Shown here in pieces: positions 1-13,552 of a stretch of DNA of 64,000 nt. Position 1 is the first letter of the stretch. Each line of letters begins with the position of its first letter. Origin of the DNA: Laetmonice hystrix (Eukaryota); assembly GCA_965235115.1 (NCBI GenBank), contig OZ249440.1, forward strand, positions 31,808,001-31,872,000, given 5' to 3'. The notes beneath the pieces were generated by a model, which searched no databases, had not been told where the DNA came from, and saw only the letters and a list, made by a program, of their open reading frames with translations. Both the position numbers and the translations under genes were made by a program.

Positions 1-1286
1 GAGCATAAACTGTGCATTCTATGAAGTAGACAGTAACGTTTTCTATTTAGTTTCGATTCTGTATACTTGAATTCGTTACTTGTGCCATAATACAGGCTGT
101 CAAACTTGAGTAACCACCTTGTGTTTACTTTTCATGACGAAGGCTGCTATTGGAGTAAAGTACCACCACTAATCACCAGGTGGCGCCAGCTCGGGACACC
201 CGTAGTACTATACAAGCGCCATCTGATGTAAGAAAACGAACCACACTACTGCTCCACGTCGTATTGAACAAGACTAAGGTTGGAAAACAATTTCTACCAA
301 ACGGTACCTGTACTTTACGGACATTTACGAGCAATTCACTTGAAAGCCTAAGGTGTTGGCCTCTACTTACGACTATAACACTTGTTGTTGAGACATTCAG
401 GGTGAGTAAGTGATAAAAGTGTTTGACAATATAGGGGTTTGACTGTATTACCTAGCATTGCTTATCTATTCAATTGTTACACAGAGATACTCGGTGTTGA
501 CTTTGAATTTACAGTCAATAAACCTAACCCTATTGTTGTCTCAACTTACTATACCGGTCCACTGTTTGAATGTTGCTGAACTTCAGTGATTTTCTTTTAA
601 TAACTTAGAAAGTTAGCAGTGCTAACTTCAGTGATTTTCTTTTAATAACTTAGAAAGTTAGCAGTGCTTGACCCTGTGGACTTTAAGTACATAAACTTTA
701 GTTACATTGTACTTAGTGTTAACTTATTTGATATAAGTTAATTTATCACTTGCCAATTTCAATTATACAAACTCGTGCTTTCGAAATTATTCGAACATAG
801 TACAAGCTTTGTTATTCGAATTTAATACTTGTTCCTTTATTCCTAAGTTCCAGTACACGAACTTAGTGATTCGGTAACTCCGATCTTGGATGGGCAACAA
901 GTATTTGGCTTAATCTCTGAATTTGATAAATCCTATAATGCCTCCTAAATCCCATAAGAAAGCTACGGAAGAGGAGAGGGAGGAGGAATTCTCATTCAGA
1001 GAGAGTTTTGGGGAACTTATATCTTTCCTCCGTGATTCAATTCAATTTTTCATTCAATGGACTTTATTGCGGACACATCTACATCTACATAGTATGATAA
1101 TACATAGAGGTCCATAGAAACTGGGAACTAGAGACTAAAGGCTAAAGACTAGAACATCAGCTAACCAGAGCCAATGTGTAGCAAGTTAAGCCAATGCCTC
1201 CTTATTCTGGAGACATAATAAATACTGGTAGCAAGTAGCGAAACAATAATGTCATTTACAGAGGCATCAAGCCTACACATGAATCG

Positions 1287-4200
1287 ATGCACAAGGTTAC
1301 GGATAACTGCCTGGCAGCACTGGATTCAGAAAAGAGGAGGGAGGAACGAGATATAGAAAGGCAGAGGCAAAAAGAGGAGCGAGACCAAATAGAACTTGAG
1401 AGGCAAAAGTATACGGAGGCAGAGCTTGCTCAACGGGAGGACGAGCGCGCCCGGTTAGATCAGGAGGGTCGTGCAAGACTGGAGGCCAGTCAGAAACAAA
1501 TGACTAAATTATTGTACATCATGATGGAGAGGCTGGAAGCCCCCAGACAGGAGAAGGAAGTGAAAGGTGCTGAGGCTTTGACTCCGCCGCCACTTTCTCC
1601 ACGACAACCAGTCCTTAAACCTCCCACAACTATGCCAACCCTGTCTCCATCTGGAGCGGTGCCTAAGCATCCCACAGGGACGCAGCACCCTCCTACTATT
1701 GCCCCGCTCCCTCAGGAGCGACAGGCTTCACTTGTCGCTCCGCCAGCAAACCCTTCCCTAGCAAACCCTCAGGAGCGATACGCTCAGCCTGTCCCCCTCT
1801 TAGCGATACCACATGTATCCACTTCCACCCCTAGTCTCCGTGAACGGGAAGCAGAGAGGCAGCGACTCTTCGAGGAAGAGTACGCCGCAACTCTTGGGGT
1901 GATTGAGCGGCAGGCCCAGCAAGGGCCGCCCCGGGAGAGGATGAGCAATGCCAAACTCCGTGAACGGGATGCCACCACAGGTAGCATGGCTCAAAACGTA
2001 GCAGGGCTACACAAATAGGGTATCCGTTGTCGAGGCCAAATATGGCTACATTCGAGGGTAATGAGGAGGAAAGCTGGGAAGCATTCATCTACCCCTTTGA
2101 ACGAATGGCGAATCGTTATGGGTGAAATGAGGATGACCGGCTGGACCACCTTTACGAATGTCTTCGAGGCAAAGCCGCCCGCTTCGTGTTCTCATTGCCT
2201 GGAGATCACCGCGAGAGCTACGCCCTGTTGCGAGGAGAGCTTGATCTGAGATATGGTGAGACTGAACCAGCTGGGACTGTGCGGATGAAGCTCGCGAGTT
2301 TTCGACAAGAATCCCGGTCCACTAAACGGTCCTGGAATAGGCACTGCTACCCGCGAAGAACTAACAGTAGAACAGTTCTTGAAAGGGTACCGCAATAGCA
2401 ACGTGGCCTGCCTGGTTCTAAACCATAAGCCAACGACCCTCACAGAGGCGAGACGGAAAGTCGATGAATTCGAGTATAACTTCCAGGTGACCCTTGGCCA
2501 GGAAGACCGCTCTCGATCAAAGTCGAGGCGCGTCAGTTGGCAGGACGAGGAAGCGCAGACCGTTAGAAATTCTCAAGAAGACTTGCAAGTCAGTCATGAC
2601 TATGGGTCATTCCGTGCGGAATCACCTGAAATCCAGAAATCTACCCAGGTGACCATCTCAGATTTTTATGATTTTTTGTTTACAGGTACCTCCATATGTG
2701 TGATGAACACATGCAAAATCTTTTGCTCCAACTCCCAGTAGTTTTCCAGAAATTAATTTTTAAAATTTGTGTGTCGGTGCAGACTTTATACGTAGAAAGT
2801 CATTTTTGTGTTTTTTCCCATTTTCAAAGCGTTATATCTCAGGACTGGTTGCATGTATCAGGCTGAAATTTGGTATGTGCAAGGTCCCCTACCCACATAG
2901 TCAGTGCCAATCATCAAAGTTGTGCTAAATTGCATTTTTTTATTTTTTATAGCTGACTGAAAATGGCATTTTGTTCATATCGGAAATTTTTTTTCAAACT
3001 TTAGGGGGCTCTACACAAAATGTGTAGTAAGTGATCATCTTCATATTACACAGCTTACCTCAGTAGATTCCCACCTTGTGTTTAGCCAAAAACAATGCCC
3101 ATCACAATAATAGTTTTTGAGCTGTAGCTCCATAAAAATCGATCATGGTTGAAAAACGTCGAAAAAAACTCTCCATTCTAGGTCGGATTTCACCATGTAG
3201 GCAACTACTCAGACACTTCACATTTGTTTAAAAGGTAGAATGTCTATATGACATTTGTCAGTAGAATTCTTTTTATCTAACTCAAAAGGCTTCATGTTTA
3301 AAAAAAAAAGTTTAGACAGTATTAAACAGAATGTAGAAATCCATAATATCTTATTAAAATATATCTAAAATGGATTTAGCATAGTTTATAACTACTAAAT
3401 AACTACTGAACATACATCTGTTCATAGTCATAATTAATTCATAATTAAATGATTAAATTAAGTAATTAAATAATTAATTATTTAATTAATTAATTAATTA
3501 ATCTAAAATGGATTTAGCATAGTTTATGCCTACTAAATAACTACTGAACAATTATCTGTTCAAAATCATAATTAATTCATAATTAAATAATTAAATAAAA
3601 TAATTAAATAAAATAATTAAATAATTAATTAAATTAATTAAGTTAATTAATTAATTAATCTAAAATGGATTTAGCACAGTTTATGCGTTAAAAACAAGCC
3701 AAAAACAATGCCCATCAAAGGAGTAGTTTTTGAGCTTTTGCTGCATAAAAATCGGTTATGTTTGAAAAATGTCGAAAAAATCTCTCCATGGTAAAATAAA
3801 TTTATTTAATTATTTATTTAATTTATTTACTTAATTATTTAATTTAGTTTATTTATTTACTTAATTATTTTATTTAATTAAATTAGTTAATCAAATTAGT
3901 TCATTAAATTAGTTCATTAGATTAGTTAATTATTTAATTATGAATTAATTATGATTATGAACGGATGAATGTTCAGTAGTTATTTAGTAGGCATAAACTA
4001 TGCTAAATCCATTTTAGATTAATTTATTAATTCAATTAATTTATTTAATCAATTATTTTATTTTATTATTTTATTTAATTATTTAATTATGAATTAATTA
4101 TAATTATGAACAGATGTATGTTCAGTAGATATTTAGTAGGCATAAACTATGTTAAATACATTTTAGATATATTTAAATGAGATATAATGGATTTCTACAT

Positions 4201-5170
4201 TCTGTTTAATACTGTCTAAACTGGTATTTTTGAAGCCTTTTGAGTTAGATAAAAAGAATTCTACTGACAAATGTCATATAGTAATTCTACCTTTTGAAAA
4301 AAATTGAAGTGTCTGAGTAGTTGCCTACATGGTGAAATCCTACCAAGAATGGAAAGCTTTTTTCGACGTTTTTCACACATGATCAGTTTTCATTCAGCTA
4401 CAGCTCAAAAACTATTAGTATGATGGGCATTGTTTCTGGTTAAACACAAGCTGGTAATCTACTGAGGTAAGCTTTGTAATATGAAGATGATCACTTAATA
4501 CACATTTTGTGTAGAGCCCCCTAAAGTTTGAAAAAAATGTTCCGATATGAACAAAATGCCATTTTCAGTCAGCTATAAAAAATAAAAAATGCAATTTAGC
4601 ACAACTTTGATGATTGGCCCTGAATATGTGGGTAGGGGACCTTGCACATACCAAATTTCAGCCTGATACATGTAACCAGTCCTGAGATATAACGCTTTGA
4701 AAATGGGAAAAAGCACAAAAATGACTTTTGACATGCACAGTATGCACCGACACACATATTTTAAAAATTAATATCTGAAAAACTACTGGAAGTTGGAGCA
4801 AAAAAATTTGTATGCGTTCATCAAACATGTGGAGGTACTTGTAAACAAAAATCATAAAAATCTGAGATGGTCACCTGGGAGGCTCTAGGTGAAACCGCGT
4901 GGAATGACCCCTATGCATTCTGAGATAACTGGCGAGATCTCAGAGCTCTGTGCCCTAGTGAAAGACCTGACAAAGACTGTCAAGGAGCAAGGGATGGAAA
5001 TAGCGGCATTAAAAGAACAGGTAAATGCCCAGAGTTGTGGGGATGCCCCCAACATCCGGCAAGCCTGCTATGCCACTCCCCCAAGCCCACAAAGGTCAAT
5101 CAGCTCAGTTTGCCACAGCTGTGGACGAGTCGGTCACCGATCGAGTCCACAGTTGACCTCGGAAAACTGA
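1287..5170 (+). pseudogene. gag: Gypsy gag pseudogene, interrupted by the 2604-4910 insertion
   Basis: Coiled-coil and Pro-rich N-terminus, then after a stop ...MATFEGNEEESWEAFIYPFERMANRYG*...LYECLRGKAARFVFSL...LDLRYGE (capsid-like), and a truncated Zn knuckle CHSCGRVGH ending GGAAAACTGA. Contains stops and frameshifts. Confidence 0.75.
2604..4910. mobile_element. Non-autonomous foldback DNA transposon, Sola2-like (copy 1)
   Basis: Termini GGGTCATTCC...GGAATGACCC, 4-bp TSD CTAT (2600-2603 / 4911-4914), arms inverted-complementary for ~0.9 kb around an extremely AT-rich core. Superfamily inferred from GRG termini plus a 4-bp TSD. Confidence 0.8.
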
Positions 5171-7484
5171 GCAGGGTCGAGTACACAGGCCACCACTCGA
5201 CCCGGAGATCAGGCCAACATTACCCACCAATGAAAGTGCTGGGTATCGGTAACACTGTAACAGGTGATACTACTAGACAGGGCATTGGTTGAAGGTGAGC
5301 AACCATTGGTTACATTTAGAGCATCTGTGAATGGTGAAAATGCAGATCAGACTAATCCAGTGCTTCTGCCAGGTTTTCATGTCATCCAATATGGCAAATG
5401 ACAAAATGTCTTTAACCGGTAAGCAGCCTTAATTAACAACCACATAACTATCTGTATCAGAATGAGTATGTGTAACTTTAAGGTCAGTATTACTGTTGAT
5501 CTCTGACAGCATTCAGCCACAAAAGATTACTCACTTTTGCACCCAACTTTAGGAGTACTGACTCGAATATTTCTCGAAACAGTAAAGTCTCGAGCTAAAC
5601 GTTGCCAAACCTATACGATAGGCCAATAGCTAACTGTGTTATGCTTAGATGGTATCTGCCCTGAGATAACAACTAGTCGCACTATGTATCGACTCCTATT
5701 GTTTTCTGGATGTAGCAATTTCCAAATTACTGTTCCAGTCAACAGGTAAGCTGCCCCACTTTCACATCTGTGTATTTGCAAGGAAACATCGAAGAGACTC
5801 GATGATGCTGGGAGGGGGTGTTGTTGTGAAAGTGCCTTGGGCCGAACCTAGCGCCACCTAGAGGGATGAGGCTCACCTAGTCAGTATATCCCCATATCGC
5901 GCCCTCTGGCGGATCGTGTAAATCGGCCGCCTCAGTTTGGCCCCAGAAGGGTAGAATCTATATAAGCCTGGTTTTCCCGCGATAACTAGAGAGTTGTTGC
6001 AAGTTTGTCGTCCTGTGAGGAGCCCCGCCACAGCCCAGTGACCATTGGTCTACTGTGCTGGCCTAGTAGGCCCTCGCTAGATAACCCAGAGCGTTTGACC
6101 GCCTCCAACTACTCGGTCGCTCGGGCCACTGTCGGGTGAGGACCGGTATTTGGTAGGCTTTATACCTGACGACCGCCCCTAGTCCTATCGGACTCCGTTT
6201 AGTGACTAGGGAAACACTGACCACGGACTACGACATTGGTTACGGACCAAACACATTGACCTACGGACTGACCCTGATATTGACCCCGGCAACAACCACG
6301 GACCATCCCTGTGATACGAAATATACCCACTCCAGTGGCAGGCCAATTTCACTACAATACTGATGCCATATGTGGATTTATCCCTGTCTGGGTGGCAGTG
6401 AGTTAGTCAGGGAGCATGTTGCATGAAATAAAGTCCTGTGGGCATTTTGTGATGAAAGCAAGCGACCCCCCCAGATGTCTTTAGGGGGTCCCAAATAATA
6501 CAAAAAAACTTGTTGGCAATATAGGAATGGCAGCTACTTCCGGTAAAGCACGAAATCCAAAATGGCTGCCAGTCGTCATATTAAAATTATATGTTTCGAT
6601 TCCCTTGTCATAGAAGCATGTATAATAGCACTTTTTCCACTAAATCACATACGAGGAATCGATTTCTGGCATTATTATTTGATTTGGAGGCCTCCTTCCG
6701 GTTGAAATCCCTGTCTGGGTGGCAGTGAGTAGCAGAATGACTGAGTCGCCGACGCCACAAGCTCACCTCTCCTAGTTTATAGAGTTATATGAGAACTGAT
6801 GCCGACGCCATGTGGATTTATCCCTGCCTGGGTGCCAGTGAGTAGCAGAGTGACTGACGCTGACGCCACAAGGCCAACTAAAGGAAGATGAATTTGTGGG
6901 TGTAATGTTGAACCGACGCCGACGCCATGTACAGAGTGCCCCTTGCTGGGAGTGGGCAAGTTAAAAGCTGCTAAGACGCCCCCACCACAAGGCCACCTCC
7001 CCTAGTGTGTACATGTATAGCAAGAACTGACGCTGACGCCATGTAGTTTGTGCCCCTGCCTAGGTAATCAGTGAGTAGGGTATGTACTGATGCTGACGCC
7101 ATTAGCCCACCTCCCCTTGTGTAAAGTTATAGACTAAAACTGACGCCATGTGGATTTATCCCTGCCTGGATGCCAGTGAGTAGCTGAGTGACTGGCGCCA
7201 ACGCCACAAGGCCAACTAGAAAGTTTTAGCGCAATTGCACATTTCTTTATTAGTCAGGGAGCATGTTGCATGAAATAAAGTCCCGTGGGCATTTTGTGAT
7301 GAAAGCAAGCGACCCCCCTAGATGTCTTTAGGGGGTCCCAAATAATATAAAAAAACTTGTTGGCAATCTAAGAATGGCGGCTACTTCCGGTAAAGGCCGA
7401 AATCCAAAATGGCTGCCATTCGCCATATTAAAATTGTATGTTTCGATTCCCTTGTGGAGCTTGAATTTCTGGGGGTTTAGGAAT

Positions 7485-8580
7485 AAACCGTTTTCCGAAC
7501 TACTACTAGTGCCACCTACAAGCTCCCTAGCGATGCCAAAGACTGTGCCAGCACCTGCTTGACTACCAGAGTTCCCTATAGTTAACCTATGGACGATCAC
7601 TCGAGAGAGCTGATTTTCGACTGCTCATAAAACCTTGCAAAATGGAATATTTCGAAACTTGGACTATCCCCCGACTACGATAATCCCTCCAAGAAGGCAG
7701 TGTAACTATTTCTGGGTCTAATAAAGTGTCACTGGTACAGTTATCAAGGTGTATTTCAGACCTCGAACTGCCGATCGACAGCAGCTGGCTGACACACATG
7801 GGCTGGCTGACTCAGTGACTGGTTTCTGGAGAGGTCTATGTCGGGTGGCAGAGGTGCTTGTTTCCGTCTAGGTGCAAGGGGTATAGCGTTCTCCAGGAGC
7901 TTTTCCTTTGCGGGATACCATCATGACCAAAACAAACTATTAATTTATTAATTTATAATAAATTTTTATTGCTGCATGAACCAGCTGTTAATTTCTCAAT
8001 TTTATTTTCGTCGGTAATTGTTTACATTTCATGGGAGATATTTTTACATAGCCGTATACAGGCTATACAGGTAAAAATCAATTTTACATAGCCTATACAG
8101 GCAGACTTTTACATACTGGTAGAACGAAGAATTTTACATATATGGGCAGAATTTCTACACATTGAGGGAGTTTTACATATACGGGCAAATATTTTTACAT
8201 TTACGGTATACAGGGAATTTTACATGATATAGCGCATTATAGGCCTACGGGTTGTACAGCCCTCCTCTCTGTCTGTCGGACGGGTCCCGGGAAGGTAAAA
8301 AATCTGACACCATCCATGGATGGCCTTGGTTTACTGCTTCCTGCCCCATATCTACAGTCACTGGCACATGTTCCATACCAACAGTGCTTGTTACCTGGCA
8401 TTAAAATGGTCAGTATCGAAATATTTTTAACTTTCAGGTGTCTCGATGTTGCTAAAATCGCTTAAGTCAAAGTTACAACTGTTCAACTTCACACTACGAT
8501 TAAAACTTATTTCTGCCTGTTACCGAGATTCCAACTTTACTGTATCGTGTCACCCCCATTGTTTTATTACCCTGACCACA
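7485..8580 (-). mobile_element. ISL2EU-like non-autonomous DNA transposon fragment with THAP remnant
   Basis: Terminus AT|AAACCGTTTTCCG; inverted homolog at 42050-42788 ends CGGAAAACGGTCT|AT; adjacent THAP N-terminal fragment. Right boundary uncertain. Confidence 0.5.
8262..8401 (-). pseudogene. THAP zinc-finger N-terminal fragment of a transposase
   Basis: Hand translation MPGNKHCWYGTCASDCRYGAGSSKPRPSMDGVRFFTFPGPVRQTER shows the THAP pattern C-x4-C ... F-x-x-F-P; truncated before the W/C/H residues. Confidence 0.65.
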
Positions 8581-9139
8581 CGGAGACACACATGGCGTCA
8601 GCGTCAGTTCTTATCTATAACCCTCTCATCCATCATCCCTGGCCAAGTCGCAAGTGGCGTCGGCGTCAGTCCGTCTTCTATCGGCTGTCATAGTTGATCC
8701 CTACACATGGTGTCAGCATCACGTCTTGTCTATAAACCTCACATCCATCAACCCTGGCCACAAAATACATGGCGTCAGTGTCAGTTCTGGCTATACATGT
8801 ACACAATAGGGGAGGTGGCCTTATAGTGGCGGCGTCTTGGCAGCATTTAACTTACCCAATCCCAGCAGGGGGCATACATGGCGTCATTTGACCTTCAGTT
8901 GGCCTTGTGGCGTCGGCGTCATGTCACTCTGCTACTCACTGACACCCAAACAGGGATGAATCCACATGGCGTCAGTGTCAGTTAGAACTAGTCTACAACT
9001 ATACAAAAGGGGAGATGGGCTGATGGCGTCGGCGTCAGTAAATACCCTACTCACTGTTACCTAGGTAGGGGCGTCAGTTCTAGTCTACAACTATACACAA
9101 AGGGGGTGCGCTGATGGCGTCGGCGTCAGTTCTCATATA

Positions 9140-9349
9140 CCGTATATGTCCTATTTGCCGCGCACCTCCTATTTGCCGCGCACCCCAGCATTTTTTAAAA
9201 CCCAATGTGTTTGTCAGGGGTGGAAATTTGGGAAAACTCATATTGGGGACCTATTTGGAAAGAAAATGCCCCCTTAACGTTAAAATAATTCATTTGCCGC
9301 GCACCCCCCTTCTGCACACGCGCATGCGCGGCAAATAGGACATATACGG
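9140..9349. mobile_element. pogo-type MITE
   Basis: 25-bp TIR CCGTATATGTCCTATTTGCCGCGCA, flanked by TA on both sides. Confidence 0.85.
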
Positions 9350-9832
9350 TAAATCTATAAACTAGGAGCGGTGAGCTTCTGGCTTCGGCGTCAACTAACT
9401 TGTCAACATAACGTAGCAAGGGCCCCTCCAGACATTGATAATGGGGCCATAAGGCCACTTAGGGCAAGGAACTTTTACATTAAATTTCGAAGTCTCTAAT
9501 GTAAGGTACTGTCACTGTCCATCCCACCCACCTACCCTTTCTCTCCAACCTGCCCACCCACCCACCTTATTGAAGCATACTGTCTTAGTCTTAGGGGGAG
9601 GTGACCTTTTGAGCAGCCACCAACCTATGGCCAAGCACACAAAATTTCATAGGTGGGTACCATAGGGTTCCCACGAAATTTAGAGGGAAGTTACCATGAG
9701 GAAATAACCCCTGGCTTTGACGACGGGAGTTTTAGTTAAGGCAAGAATCGGATATCTTATCCTAGTAGAATCTTTGCTAATATAGTCAGCTTGTGTGTTC
9801 TTGTTGCAACCTGTTGCTCATTAAAGGCTCGA

Positions 9833-10660
9833 TTACAAAAATCGGTGTTCCCTCTACTGCTAGCTTACTATGCCCACATAACCACAAGTTACAACAACCA
9901 TATAATTACAGTCCTCCCTCGCTATAGCGCCAGCCTCGGGACATAGGCGCCGTTGGCGGTATAGCGAGGGTGGCGTTATAGCGAGGTATATACAGAGGCA
10001 TGCACACAACCACCGTTCCCCGTATTTTTAATGGCCATGGGCCTGGTCAATTTGGTCCAGCCTGAGGTACAACCCTGCGTACACCTTGTGCATTACAAAA
10101 GAAGGTTACTTTATCTCTGTAAGTCTAATAAAGGAAAATTGATCACAAAGTCCTTTAAAGTTTAGGTATTATTCGCTCCAACCATGCTCAGACATGATTG
10201 TGAACTGAACTGACCTCAAACGTGATGAAACCCTGCTTCCCGCCCACACTGAGCACTGCCTCACCAAGTTCATTGCGTAACACGTAATGACCTAATAATT
10301 TTATGCACTGGCCCTACATGCTGGCGGTATAACGAGGGCGAATCTAATAGGTTTTAATATATTTGGACATGGAAGAGGCCTGGCGGATGGCGATAGCGAG
10401 GGTTGGCGGTACCTATGGGGAAAGTACATTGGGATTTCTGTGCAAATACATTTTGGTGTTATATGCGAGGGTGGCGGTAAAACGGGGGGCGTTATAGCGA
10501 GGGAGGACTGTATTACGAAAATCGGTACTGTTCCCTCTACTGCTAGCTTACTATGCCCACATAACCACAAGTTACAACAACCATATATTACGAAAATCGG
10601 TACTGTTCCCTCTACTGCTAGCTTACTATCCCCACATAACCACAAGTTACAACAACCATT
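9833..10660 (+). repeat. Three copies of a ~75-bp tandem repeat, split by a MITE
   Basis: Unit TTACGAAAATCGGTACTGTTCCCTCTACTGCTAGC...CAACAACCAT at ~9833, ~10513 and ~10588. Confidence 0.85.
9909..10510. mobile_element. Tigger/pogo-type MITE
   Basis: TIR CAGTCCTCCCTCGCTATA.CGCC with TA TSD; partial inverted copy at 26880-27196. Confidence 0.85.
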
Positions 10661-11748
10661 TCCCATCTACTAATACTGTAATAGTAGTCTATCAGTCTAG
10701 AAATGTCCATTCGAATGTAGGGGCTACAGTTCCCCTCTCCTGGTTGATGGGAGGCTGTCTACCAAATTATGGCAGGACATGTGCTATAGGGAGAAATCTA
10801 TAGGTTTTTTCCTATGGAACCAACTTGTGCTGCATACGCATTGAAAACAAGTTGAAGGACAAAACGCTGTATTAGGATTATTTACTTAGATCCCTAGTAC
10901 ACGGTCATGTTGGATAATTGGCGGAAATCCTCCAAAACGTGTTTTGTAGCGAGCACCTTTCAGTGCGAGACCATCTCAATAGAGGTTTAGCAGGCGGCAT
11001 GCATCCGTGGAATGCTAACGTAAACCTATTGTTCTTGCGTGTGTAGTCAACGTACGTGGGGCTGACCAAAATGACTTTTAGCTGAGCTACTCTGTATAGG
11101 GGCAGTTACTGTAAACCAATATTTTAAGCAGATAAGTAGGTTCTGATTACTTTAGAAAATGCTAAGACGAACAGAAGTGTTAGGCTATGCATCATCCCGA
11201 ACAAATTAGTTATCATTTCCATGATTTACATGCATGGAAAGCAGGTGTCGTGTACTCAGATCTCCACTGGTCTCACATAGCAATGCAGCTGACCTCCCGG
11301 AAATGTGAGACCATGGAGACCTTGGACCACAACACAGGCCCTCTTTTCCTCCTATGGGAGTGAGCGAGTGAGTAATGGTGGTTTTATGCCATGTTGGCAT
11401 CTAAGGCCTTCTTCACGGCGAAAACAGAGTAAGGATACTGAAAAATGAAAGGGACCTATTTTCAAAAACGATTGGTAGATCATGTACAAATCGACAGGCT
11501 CTGTTAATTGTTGATGCATGCATATTGCTCATTACCTATGTAGGAGCGCACAGAGTGACGACGCCATACACGCAAAACTTAGGTTAGCATTAGCATTGCG
11601 GATACGTTCGGTTGCTAAAACTCTGTAGTGTCACAGCTCCCCCCCTTCAACAAGACAGGAACCTATCTTTTCTCCTTATATGCTGACTTTGCTGTTTGAA
11701 TGATTCTTTGAGTTATTGCTAAAAAGGTGGAAGTCAAATTGGTCTTGG

Positions 11749-12086
11749 CACTGGGGGATCCAGGGGGGGGGGGCTAGGGGCCTGGGCCTCCCCCCTTAAA
11801 TTTTCCTTTCCCCTCCTTTTTTTTAAGAAGATGTATTATTCGGACCCTGATACCAGTGTTCCAACAAAATTCTTTAAAAAAGCCTCCTATATTGTATGTG
11901 ATAGGAGGTCTAACATTAGGCCTCCTCAGTCATCCAGGAGCAATATAACTCTTGGCCATACAGCATTGAAATAGACCAAAAGGGGTTTAAAAAGGGCCAT
12001 AATCACAATAAAATCATGCTGAGGGTAGTGAGGCTAAACTTTTTTTTAGGTGGGCCCCCCTTATCGAAATCCTGGATCCCCCACTG
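11749..12086. mobile_element. hAT-like MITE 20 bp from an alpha-catenin donor site
   Basis: TIR CA(C/G)TGGGGGATCCAGG; flanks TCTTGG / TCTCGG (6 bp, 1 mismatch). Confidence 0.7.
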
Positions 12087-12106
12087 TCTCGGCCTTATAA
12101 GGTTAC

Positions 12107-12226
12107 CAGCTGTCTCCTGCCTGCTCGGTCAGTCAGTTCTACAACACTCTTCCCAAAGTCCTTGAAGCTATTCATCAATTCCTGTTGACTCGATGCATTC
12201 CGGATACGGTCAAGGTCATCCTCCAC
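12107..12226 (-). CDS. CTNNA: alpha-catenin internal coding exon, 120 bp (not in the ORF track)
   Basis: Hand translation VEDDLDRIRNASSQQELMNSFKDFGKSVVELTDRAGRRQL continues the previous exon in frame. Acceptor TTTCAG|GTG, donor CTG|GTAACC. Confidence 0.92.
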
Positions 12227-13552
12227 CTGAAAGTAATCATTTTGCTGTCAAACGGTTTCCTGACTAAAATACAACTTTCTCTGACTTGCATTACGACAAA
12301 TGAAGCAAGACGATGAAGTGAAATTGAGTAATGGTTTGGGGTGTTATCCGATTCATACATGAATTATATCATTCTCAGGTATAAAAGCTGTGAAGTTTGT
12401 CAATTAAATTTTGTTACATTACATTGTTTTAAATAATGGCAAGTATTTCTTTATTATTGGTTGCATCTGAGCGAATCAACCACCAAATTGAAGCACAAGA
12501 TATACTCTTTCTCTACCAATTACTACATTGTCCTGAGTTTGCTAAATCTCTGATTTATCACTCTATTTGGGAGTGTAGTTTTTTTACTCATGCTGTATAT
12601 GCCACATGCCTTTGTACATCATGTTATGTTAAACATTACATGGTTGGAAATGAGGATCACATACTATTTGTGTGATGTGACACGTACGTCACATGTTATG
12701 TCTTGTGACATGATAAGTCACTTCACACCCTATGTGACGTTACACATCACGTGATATCGTGTATCACTTGATGTATGTTATACATGACATCAGGTGACGT
12801 GTGGCATAACGTAACACACGTTATATGTTACATATGTGAGTTGTGATGCGTACTTCACGTCACATGCCATGTGTTTATATGTAATTGCTCAAAATGTGTT
12901 TACATCCAAGATGGCTGCCAAAAGGCCATTTTGAATGATATAAAAAATCTATTTGACATGCATCATCCTTACACTGTCTCCGACGATTGTGTGAAGTTTC
13001 ATACAATTTGACCCACACATTTCTGAGGAATCCCTGTCCACTGAGTGCTTACATACGTATGCTGGAACTTTTGAGCCGTGAGTATAATTACGGGTTATGG
13101 ATATTTGCAGCAGATTAGTAAAGCTGTATTTCATGCAAAGTCATCATTACAACATAGTCATCATAGTCATTTGAACTATAATGTCATGACGTTGATATTT
13201 TCTGAGGGTTCTAAATTATGAATGTTTGAAGTTAGAACCACACTTACTCTTAAGCATGAGAAGCAATTTTGTATGCTACCATTATTATTTAGGTCAAGTG
13301 ACCTATGACATCATAACGATGTCTCAGGGTTATAACTTGTAAAAGGTTCAAGTTAGAGACATTTACTATTAAACACTAATAGGAAGTCATATATGCTCTT
13401 TCATTTGACACCATCATTTTTAGGTCCTGTGACTTATAATGTCATAACGATGTCATACATATTTTCTCAGGGCTATAACTTGTACATAGCCATAGCTATC
13501 CCTAATCAGAACATATGAGACGGGACACCCAGGGGATGGGACTCTAGTTTTA

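Larger units (their letters stand above)
1..6360 (+). mobile_element. Degenerate, pol-deleted Ty3/Gypsy LTR retrotransposon (5' LTR runs off the left edge, 3' LTR truncated)
   Basis: Putative LTR end ...AATCACCA(178) then PBS-like TGGCGCCAGCTCGGGA at 181; broken gag 1287-5170; polypurine tract GGGAGGGGG at ~5810; TG-starting LTR with TATATAAG at ~5959. The right boundary is approximate. Confidence 0.7.
6360..9400. repeat. Arrays of GACGCCGACGCCA-containing subrepeats in inverted arrangement (6360-7220 vs 8590-9400)
   Basis: For example 6961-7050 is an approximate reverse complement of 8761-8850. Probably decayed long TIRs of an unclassified DNA transposon. Confidence 0.55.
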
